A DNA stretch of 29,653 nucleotides from Candidatus Altarchaeum sp. (GTDB lineage: Archaea > Altiarchaeota > Altiarchaeia > Altiarchaeales > Altiarchaeaceae). Position 1 is the first letter of the stretch. Each line of letters begins with the position of its first letter. Below, piece by piece: positions 18,612 through 25,626 of this stretch. The stretch is taken from the NCBI GenBank assembly GCA_018260615.1, contig JAGWDQ010000109.1:1-29653 (forward strand), written 5' to 3'. Made by a program: the position numbers and the translations under genes. The notes beneath the pieces are model-generated. The model worked only from the letters and a program-made list of their open reading frames with translations. It did no database searches and was not told where the DNA came from.

Positions 18612-18747
18612 GAAATTTTGTTATTTTTGTTATTTACTAACGAAGTGAGTAAATATCCGAACGAAGTGAGGTTATAACTGTTATTTTTTTATCTTCTTTT
18701 CTTTTGGAATTAAACCGTTTGTACATTCACAGGAGTCGCCGTTGCCG

Positions 18748-18939
18748 TTATCCAAAAACCCTTTCCTTTTCAACAAATCTTGCCACATTTTGAATAAATG
18801 TCGCTACGGATGTATTAAAATATTCCTCGCCACATCTCTCGCATATCTCCGCTTCTACATCCTGCACTATAATTCCATTTATCTCAACATTAATCCTCTT
18901 TTTTACAATATTTCCTTTACAATTATAGCAGGTCTTCAT
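18748..18939 (-). CDS. YgiT-type zinc finger protein (MqsA-like antitoxin)
   Basis: MKTCYNCKG...VQDVEAEICERCGEEYF. Confidence 0.85.
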   Translation of the reverse strand: MKTCYNCKGNIVKKRINVEINGIIVQDVEAEICERCGEEYFNTSVATFIQNVARFVEKERVFG

Positions 18940-19004
18940 TTTCTATGCTTAAAATTATCTTTCCACTGATTTTCGGATGGAATATAGATTGAATTTGCGA
19001 AATT
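18936..19004 (-). pseudogene. C-terminal remnant of a DUF4258-like toxin
   Basis: Reads NFANSIYIPSENQWKDNFKHRK*, matching the typical Y.P....W...F..R tail, and overlaps the zinc finger start (ATGA). No upstream coding sequence remains. Confidence 0.6.
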
Positions 19005-19239
19005 TCAAATAAAAAAGGAATAATTGGAATCAAGGTTGATATTGGAATTCCGCTCGCTGTTTTTATAACAAAGCAGTCGTTTGAGGAATTAAATTTAAAC
19101 ATCAGCGGTGAAATTTATGTTTATTTCAAGGCGAGCGGGGTTTATGTGTTTTAAGAAATTTTGTTATTTTTGCGTGCAATTTATTTCATGATATATTTTA
19201 TTGCACGCCCAACACACCCCTTCAATATTCATAACTCCT

Positions 19240-19461
19240 TTATTTCTTTGCACTGAACTCGGTATATCCGCACTTCCCGCAGTTATATCTGTCAGTATGC
19301 TTTGCCATGAATATCCCATCTCCGCATCTCGGGCAAAATTTTGTTGTTCTGGTTAATTTATTGCCATCAATCTTATAATTTTCACTTTTTTTGGTTGTCT
19401 TTTCCTTTCCTCCACCTTTTTTGGTTGTCTTTTCCTTTTCTTTTGCTACGACTGCTGCCAT
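19240..19461 (-). CDS. rps27ae: 30S ribosomal protein S27ae (eS31)
   Basis: [28 protein letters not shown] motif; downstream of rps24e. Confidence 0.95.
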   Translation of the reverse strand: MAAVVAKEKEKTTKKGGGKEKTTKKSENYKIDGNKLTRTTKFCPRCGDGIFMAKHTDRYNCGKCGYTEFSAKK

Positions 19462-19498
19462 TTTAGAACATTATATAAATTTATGCTTTAAATTTTAT

Positions 19499-19861
19499 TT
19501 ATTTCTTTGCTGTTGCCGCTCCTTTCTTTTTACCTTTTACTTCTTTCTTCTTTTTTACTCCGAGAAGTGCATTAACTTTTTCATCGCTTAAATTTTTCTT
19601 TAATACAGGTCTTGTTTCAACTTTCATAGCATTTTCATTGTCATAAACCTTTAAGTACACATCGGAATAACGCACTCCGAACGGCTGATTTATGTTGTCA
19701 ATCACAATTAATGTCCTGTCTAAATTTAACTTTGCCGCAATTGCATCCTTCATCTCATTTAACTTCGGTGTTGGTTTCTTCCCTTCATAAGATGCCTTTA
19801 AATTTATCTCCTTCCGCTCTAACAGCCGGTTGTCCTTTTCGTTTAAAATTTCCACATCCAT
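19499..19861 (-). CDS. rps24e: 30S ribosomal protein S24e (eS24)
   Basis: EKDNRLLERKEI, TP, and FG.RYSDVYLKVYD motifs. Confidence 0.92.
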   Translation of the reverse strand: MDVEILNEKDNRLLERKEINLKASYEGKKPTPKLNEMKDAIAAKLNLDRTLIVIDNINQPFGVRYSDVYLKVYDNENAMKVETRPVLKKNLSDEKVNALLGVKKKKEVKGKKKGAATAKK

Positions 19862-19925
19862 TTTAAAATTTCAAAATTAAGTTTAATTAAAATTTACACA
19901 ACTAATTAAGATACCTTTATTAAAT

Positions 19926-20930
19926 TTATTTCAAAAATCCGTCGTAATCGTGAACAGGCATAAGAGCATCGTATTTTTTTTCATTGTCGCCGTGTTTTGC
20001 ATTTTCATCTGTTTCAAAATCATTTTTGCATTTAAACAAATAGCCCAAAACAAGTCCGGCGAGCAGTCCGCCAAAGTGTACTGCGTGTGCTGTTGCTCCT
20101 CCTAAAATTAAGTCGGGAACTGTAACAAAAAGGAAATAAAATATTATTCCGATAAATCCGAGTATTCCTTCTCCCATAACTAACTCATAAATAAGCCCCA
20201 CTCCCGGAACATAGGAAAAAAATTTTAAAATTTCCGATTTTTTGGCAATCTCATCGGCATTTTTCGGCTTTGCCATTGCGAGAGCGGCCATTACGGCAAA
20301 AACAGCACCTGAAGCACCGACAGCAGTGACAGAAGCTGCTCCTTCATCAATAACCGGATAAATTACCCATGCTAAATTTCCCGCAATTCCTCCGATAAAA
20401 TAAATAACAAGAAACTTTTTCCATCCGATAAATGTTGCCAAAGTTATTCCAAAAACAAAAAGGAAAACCATGTTGCCAAAAATATGCCATTCATCAAGAT
20501 GGGTAAATATTGCCGTAATTAGGGGCTCAAATTTTCCCTCCCGAAAGAAACTATAACTTTGAATTCCGTAAATTTGCCAGTTGTATTTATAAACATTTAG
20601 CTTTTTCCCTTCTTTTACTATACTATATTCATATGTTTTATTTTCAGTAATCAAAATTACCTTTCCCTCTTTTGCGATGAGTTTGAGGACAATTGAATTT
20701 TCCTCTTTTGTAATATATGTGAACATATCACTCTCGCTTTTTTTGATTTCCGCATCCTCTACCCATTCCGCTTTTATTTCATTCTTTAAAAATTTTATGA
20801 GTTCCGCATTCCAGTCGGGAACATCGTCCCAGCAAAATAAATACTCTTCTGTTGATGTAAACGGATATGCTGCAATAGTTAAGATAATTAAAAGTGTAAC
20901 CACAATTGCCGCCTTTCTGTCGTTTTTCAT
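19926..20930 (-). CDS. Rhomboid intramembrane serine protease with an inserted ~85-aa soluble module
   Basis: H.....H...N, GASGAVF (catalytic Ser) and AHAVHFGG (catalytic His). Module YLFCWDD...KKLNVY follows TM1. Start could be 20945 or 20930. Confidence 0.9.
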   Translation of the reverse strand: MKNDRKAAIVVTLLIILTIAAYPFTSTEEYLFCWDDVPDWNAELIKFLKNEIKAEWVEDAEIKKSESDMFTYITKEENSIVLKLIAKEGKVILITENKTYEYSIVKEGKKLNVYKYNWQIYGIQSYSFFREGKFEPLITAIFTHLDEWHIFGNMVFLFVFGITLATFIGWKKFLVIYFIGGIAGNLAWVIYPVIDEGAASVTAVGASGAVFAVMAALAMAKPKNADEIAKKSEILKFFSYVPGVGLIYELVMGEGILGFIGIIFYFLFVTVPDLILGGATAHAVHFGGLLAGLVLGYLFKCKNDFETDENAKHGDNEKKYDALMPVHDYDGFLK

Positions 20931-20963
20931 TCTTTTATAAATCATAAGATTCCTGTTTTATTA

Positions 20964-21120
20964 TTTTAAAAACCTGAAGTTTTGAAAATCTCTGAACAAC
21001 ATTGAGGTGATTTTTCTCACACAGAGCCACAAAGGCACAGAGAATAAAAAAATTTAATTTATTTCTCCATTGATTGTTCTTGATTGTATTTAATTCATCA
21101 GTTCTTGTGTCTCTGTGTGA
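20964..21120. repeat. Family B unit followed by a family A inverted pair
   Basis: ttttaaaaacctgaagttttgaaaatctctgaacaacattgaggtg, then ctcacacagagccacaaaggcacagag (21016-21042) ... ttcttgtgtctctgtgtga (21102-21120). Confidence 0.75.
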
Positions 21121-21136
21121 ATATTTTATTATTTTC

Positions 21137-21695
21137 TCATTTTCCTGCAAAAATATTGATTCTTCTGAATGTCTCAAAACATTTTCCTGTTTCATTTTGA
21201 GTTCTGTCAACCATCATTTTAATTACCTGAACGCGAAAATTTTTCCTGTCTTTCTCATCATCAATCTGTTTTGAAAAAGGCACAAGTGACGGCTGGTCTA
21301 TCCACCGTATCATTTCGTCGGCATTATCAAAGTATCTGTCCGCATTTTCATCCCAAATCTCTGCATCCTTAAAATTTGAGTCCTTTGCCATTGATTTATA
21401 TTCTTCAATTGCTGGCATATACCATGGCCATTGAAATTTCTCAAAATATTTCTGAAATTTATCCCGTCTGATTACCTCTTTAACAACGGCAAAAAAATTT
21501 GAGCAGTTGCCGTCACCTGCAAAATTGAATCTGATTATTCCGCCGGATTTCAAAGCAGTATGGCAATTTGCAAGTAATTTTGTTTCCATACTACATAGTA
21601 CGATTTAAACAGCCCAAATCAAGTATGGACTCATTTCCGTGAAGTTTTGATTCCAACCCGGATATTATTTTATTGCCCCATTCCTTTTGATGTTT
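21137..21695 (-). pseudogene. Fragmented class I SAM-dependent methyltransferase
   Basis: N-terminal fragment KHQKEWGNKIISGLESKLHGNESILDLGC (~21609-21695) and C-terminal fragment LLANCHTALKSGGIIRFNFAGDGNC...RRINIFAGK. The middle (after DLGC) is missing and replaced by a 30-bp repeat. Confidence 0.75.
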
Positions 21696-21888
21696 GTTTC
21701 CATACTACATCACCTCGCTTACGCTTGGAGATTTTTAAATAAATTTAAAAATAGTGCGATTTAAACTTGTTTGAAATATACAAACGAAGTGAGAGTATTT
21801 TGTATTTGCCCCATGTTTTCATACTACCTCACCTCGCTAACGCTCGGAGATTTTCAAAATTTCATTTTAAAAATAGTGCGATTTAAAC
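21581..21888. repeat. Three copies of a TGTTTCCATACTAC...ATAGTGCGATTTAAAC unit
   Basis: 21581-21610 (30 bp, empty); 21695-21766 and 21814-21888 (each carrying a family B REP inside). Confidence 0.85.
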
Positions 21889-21895
21889 TGTTTTG

Positions 21896-23413
21896 TTAAA
21901 GCTTTAATTTATTTTTAATTTCTTCATGTCTGCTGTGAAGTGTTGAAATCGTAATTCCTACCAAATACAATAGTTCTTTCTTTGGAAATTCCTCCCCGAT
22001 CTGTTCACATGCCAAACTTATAATTGCTCCCGCAACCCCCGAAGGACCTCTACCTGCAGTAATTCCATATTTCTTTGCTTCATTAAGTATTTTCTGAGCT
22101 TCTTCTTCGGCGGTATTTGAAATCCCAATTTTTGAAGCATAGAGAGCAATATAATCTTCTACATTTGTTCTTGGTGGTTTCAGATTCATGGACTTAAGTA
22201 TATGTTTATAACTTCTGCCGATTTCTTTTTTTGATATTCCGCTTTTTTCTCCGATTTCTTCTAATGTTCTCGGTTCTCCCTTCTTTCTGGTCACATAACA
22301 TATTATTGCACCAATTATACTTTCTATACTTCTTCCTTTAACAAAGCCCTTATCTACCGCCTGTCTGTATAAGTGAGCACAGTCCTCCTTTATTGTTTCT
22401 CCGATGTCTAACAAACTGCACATTCTGTCAAGTTCCGGAAGAGCTATTGATAAATTTCTACCAACGCTGTCGCTCATTCTGCTCCTTGTTTGTAGTCGTC
22501 TCATCCTATACAGTTCAACTTTTCTTTCCACTTCAAATCCGCCACCTTTTGCATCTCTGTCGTAGCGGTCTATTTCCGTTGTTAAACCCTTGCTGACCTT
22601 TGCATCTTTTATTGCACCGCTTGCCCTTGATCTTTTTTCTTTTTGTCCGCTGTCAAATGAACGCCATTCCGCACCTGTATCTATCATCTCGGAGTCAATA
22701 ATCGTTCCGCAATTTGAGCACACAATCTCGCCTGTCTTAACATCAGGAAAAGCACTTTCATAAAATATTTGTATATTGTTGTTCGCTTTTTCGGTAAAGC
22801 CAACCGAAAAAATTTTTTCCTCTTCTAAATTCGGAGAATTTTTAAGTGTAAAAACACATTTTAAATAAATTAGAAGGATTGCTCTGTTTTCCTTTTTAAC
22901 AAGTATTTCGCTTCCTTCATTGCTTATTTCCGGCTCTTTCAGGTCCTTCAGCAAAGTCACTTTATCAATAATATTTTTATCTAAATTTTTCTTGGAATCT
23001 AAAATTTCCCATAACATTGTTTGCTTCTCTTTATCCTGTGAAAATTCTTCAAGTGTAAATAGATATTCGTCTTTATCATATATTTTTGTTTTGCTGTTTT
23101 CAAATCGCACTTCTCCCAGAGGATAAATAAATGCATCTCCTCCGCTTTGACAGCCGTATCTTTTATCTATCTTTATATCACTTTTTAAAGTTAAATTTCC
23201 AATTATCCCGTTTTTTCCCTTAATTTCAATCGTTCCATCCTCATAGACATATTTTGCCTCTTCTAAATTTGCGCTTAAATTTCCCCTCTTACTTCCCAAG
23301 TCGTTAAGCATACAGGTATTTTTTAAATACCTTTTTATTGCATTTTGCTGTGCTTTTTCCTTATCTATCTGGTCAAATACGAACAATATTCCTTTACATT
23401 CCGGACACCTCAT
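21896..23413 (-). CDS. tfb: Transcription initiation factor IIB with a ~210-aa insertion in the zinc ribbon
   Basis: CPEC...GEIVCSNCG, EWRSFD B-reader, GLTTEID, RNLSIALPEL, KGRSIE, PRTLEEI and GRGPSG cyclin repeats. Confidence 0.93.
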   Translation of the reverse strand: MRCPECKGILFVFDQIDKEKAQQNAIKRYLKNTCMLNDLGSKRGNLSANLEEAKYVYEDGTIEIKGKNGIIGNLTLKSDIKIDKRYGCQSGGDAFIYPLGEVRFENSKTKIYDKDEYLFTLEEFSQDKEKQTMLWEILDSKKNLDKNIIDKVTLLKDLKEPEISNEGSEILVKKENRAILLIYLKCVFTLKNSPNLEEEKIFSVGFTEKANNNIQIFYESAFPDVKTGEIVCSNCGTIIDSEMIDTGAEWRSFDSGQKEKRSRASGAIKDAKVSKGLTTEIDRYDRDAKGGGFEVERKVELYRMRRLQTRSRMSDSVGRNLSIALPELDRMCSLLDIGETIKEDCAHLYRQAVDKGFVKGRSIESIIGAIICYVTRKKGEPRTLEEIGEKSGISKKEIGRSYKHILKSMNLKPPRTNVEDYIALYASKIGISNTAEEEAQKILNEAKKYGITAGRGPSGVAGAIISLACEQIGEEFPKKELLYLVGITISTLHSRHEEIKNKLKL

Positions 23414-23476
23414 TTTCCTTTTAATCTTTTAAATTTCTTTATTTATTTTACTTTTTTGATTAATTGTATAAATTTT

Positions 23477-23528
23477 AAAATGAAATAATAAAATGAAATA
23501 ATAAAATGAAATAATAAAATGAAATAAT
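23477..23528. repeat. 13-bp tandem repeat x4 upstream of tfb
   Basis: aaaatgaaataat repeated perfectly four times. Confidence 0.9.
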
Positions 23529-23676
23529 AAAATAATTTTTTAAAATATTTTAATCTTTAAAAAATAAGTAATTTTTAAAATAAATAATAAAAATAAATAA
23601 TTTAAAAATGAAATATTAATGAAACAATAAATAAAATAAAAAACAACAATTAAAATTTAAATAAATTTAAACATAA

Positions 23677-25010
23677 GGTAGTGATAAAGATGTAATGTTC
23701 GTTTAAATTGTAAAATTATCTCGTTGTTGTCCGGAGATTTTCAAATATATATGTTCTATGGATACTAATTATTAACACTACCTTTGTAAAATGTTAAGAA
23801 CATTCAAATACAGGATATATCCAAACAAGAAACAGCAGGAACTATTAGAAAAACACTTCGGTTGTGTTAGATTTATTTACAACTTTGCTCTTGACAAGAA
23901 AATAAAAGCGTATGAAACATCAAAAACAACACTTACAAGATTTGATTTACAAGTTATCGTCAAAGACATGAAACAAGATAGCAAATATTATTGGTTAAAT
24001 GAAGTAAATTCACAATCATTACAAGCAGTATTAAAACATTTAGACGGTGCTTTCACAAAATTTTTCAGAGAAAAGAAATGTTTTCCAAAATTTAAATCAA
24101 AGAAAAATAATTTCCATTCATTTGAATGTCCACAGCATGTTAAAATAGAAAACAATAAACTCATAATTCCAAAGTTCCTTGAGGGCTTAAGAATAAGATT
24201 AAGCAGAATGTTCACCGGTAAAATCAAGACAACAACAATATCAAAAACACCAACAGGAAAATATTATGCTTCTGTTTTAGTGGAAACAGATGATGTTTTA
24301 CCTTTAAAACCAGAAATAAAAGAAGAAACAACCGTAGGAATTGATTTAGGAATTAAATCATTTGTCACAATAAGTGATGGAACTAAAATAGAGAGTTTAA
24401 AACCTCTCAAAAACTCATTAGACAAATTAAAGGTATTACAAAAAAGGTTAAGCAGAAAGGTTAAAGAAAGCAATAACAGGAAGAAAGCAAGATTAAAAGT
24501 TGCTAAAATTCATGAGAAAATAACAGAGCAAAGAAATGATTATATTAACAAATTAACATGCAGAATGGTACACGACAGCCAAGTGGATACAATCTGTGTG
24601 GAGAATTTAAATGTCCAAGGAATGGTATGTAACCACCATTTAGCACAGGCAATAAGTGATGCAAGCTGGAACGAGTTTAATCAGCAGTTAGAATACAAAT
24701 GCAATTGGTATGGAAAAAATTATGTCAAAATTGGAAGATTTGATGCAAGCAGCAAAATATGTTCTGTGTGCGGAAACATAAACAAAGAACTTACACTTGC
24801 AGACAGAGAATGGACTTGTACCAATTGTAAAACACATCACGACAGAGATACAAATGCAGCAATAAATATGAAGAAATTTGGGTTGCAGAAACAAAATTTA
24901 ATCAATTATTCAGGGCAGGGTATGCCCGTAGGGCTTGGGGAGTTGTTGTCAGTAGACAGAGCCATGAACCAAGAATGATAAGAGGTTTCATTACCTATTT
25001 ATCACTACCA
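23677..25010 (+). mobile_element. 1334-bp non-autonomous TIR element with 8-bp TSD carrying tnpB
   Basis: GGTAGTGATAAA (23677-23688) / TTTATCACTACC (24999-25010), extendable imperfectly to ~21 bp (..GTAATG); AAACATAA at 23669-23676 and 25011-25018. Confidence 0.85.
23791..24978 (+). CDS. tnpB: RNA-guided endonuclease TnpB
   Basis: N-terminal FKYRIYP...FGCVRFIYN, RuvC triad GIDLG (D185), VENL (E271), DRDTNAA (D353) and zinc finger CSVCG...CTNC. Confidence 0.96.
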   Translation: MLRTFKYRIYPNKKQQELLEKHFGCVRFIYNFALDKKIKAYETSKTTLTRFDLQVIVKDMKQDSKYYWLNEVNSQSLQAVLKHLDGAFTKFFREKKCFPKFKSKKNNFHSFECPQHVKIENNKLIIPKFLEGLRIRLSRMFTGKIKTTTISKTPTGKYYASVLVETDDVLPLKPEIKEETTVGIDLGIKSFVTISDGTKIESLKPLKNSLDKLKVLQKRLSRKVKESNNRKKARLKVAKIHEKITEQRNDYINKLTCRMVHDSQVDTICVENLNVQGMVCNHHLAQAISDASWNEFNQQLEYKCNWYGKNYVKIGRFDASSKICSVCGNINKELTLADREWTCTNCKTHHDRDTNAAINMKKFGLQKQNLINYSGQGMPVGLGELLSVDRAMNQE

Positions 25011-25030
25011 AACATAAATAATGGGAACTT
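24880..25030 (+). ncRNA. Putative omegaRNA (scaffold over the tnpB 3' end and right TIR; guide from the flank)
   Basis: GC-richer structured tail gggcagggtatgccc...gaaccaagaa and terminal hairpin tgataagaggt-ttcatt-acctattttatca. Boundaries are inferred from TnpB biology. Confidence 0.5.
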
Positions 25031-25476
25031 TTGAAGATATTTTTATAAAATACGAATTAATTGGCTTACTGCTCGGATGTTTTGCATCATCTTCCATATT
25101 GCCGATTCCATCGGAACCGTTAATAATCATTAGCACAAAATTTCAACCCGTAATTTATGTGTTTGTTTTTGCACTTATCGGCTCTGTAGGCGGTGCAATG
25201 CTAAACTATGCAATCGGAATCAAAGGAATTAAATGGCTCGTAAAGAGGGAGAGTGAAAAAGAAAAGAAATTAGAAATGTGGTTCAGTAAATACGGAATAT
25301 TTGTACTATTGGCAGTTCCATGGATTCCGTTCGTTGGAGACCTGTTTACAATTGTCGCAGGTTCTTTGAAAATGGATTTAAAGAAATTTATATTATGGAT
25401 TACGATTGGCAAGGCAATAAAAATTTCTGTTGTTATTTATGCCGCAATGGCGGGAATAAAATTTTTCGGAATGTGA
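25021..25476 (+). CDS. YqaA/DedA (SNARE-associated, VTT domain) membrane protein
   Basis: SILPIPSEP, GSVGGAMLNYAIG, WF.KYG...LL..PWIPFVGD and GKAIK motifs. Confidence 0.88.
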   Translation: MGTFEDIFIKYELIGLLLGCFASSSILPIPSEPLIIISTKFQPVIYVFVFALIGSVGGAMLNYAIGIKGIKWLVKRESEKEKKLEMWFSKYGIFVLLAVPWIPFVGDLFTIVAGSLKMDLKKFILWITIGKAIKISVVIYAAMAGIKFFGM

Positions 25477-25624
25477 TGCATTTGCCATTTGCATCTTTTT
25501 TCGTCCATCCTTTTTTGCTAATCGTGGCTAAAAAAGGTGGCTGTGATTCCAATTAGCAAGGCAATAAAAATTTCTGTTGTTATTTATGCTGCAATGACAG
25601 GGATGAAATTTTTCGGAATGTGAT
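25409..25624 (+). repeat. 69-bp diverged direct repeat of the yqaA 3' end flanking a hairpin
   Basis: 25409-25477 vs 25556-25624 with 5 mismatches; the spacer contains ccttttttgc-taatcgtg-gctaaaaaagg. Confidence 0.88.
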
Positions 25625-25626
25625 AA

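Larger units (their letters stand above)
18494..19172 (+). repeat. 136-bp direct repeat of the wtpC 3' end
   Basis: 18494-18629 and 19037-19172 are identical except one a/c substitution. Confidence 0.92.

Noticed and set aside
20935-21210. 91-aa ORF
   Set aside because: Off-frame MTase tail plus REP-A/B translation (SHRDT, LCAFVALCE).
22742-23371. Intein in TFB
   Set aside because: No N-terminal Cys/Ser, no terminal His-Asn followed by Cys/Ser/Thr, and no LAGLIDADG motifs at the insertion.
23477-23528. 13-bp x4 repeat as a regulatory array for tfb
   Set aside because: Most simply a slippage product in AT-rich DNA; listed as a feature with no functional claim.
23791-25006. Ordinary IS1341-type IS200/IS605 element ending at TCAC (25006)
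   Set aside because: It does not explain the matching 12-bp inverted end at 23677 or the adjacent 8-bp direct repeats. Kept only as the alternative hypothesis.
25320-25556. 78-aa ORF
   Set aside because: Out-of-frame overlap with yqaA and the hairpin spacer; no recognisable motifs.
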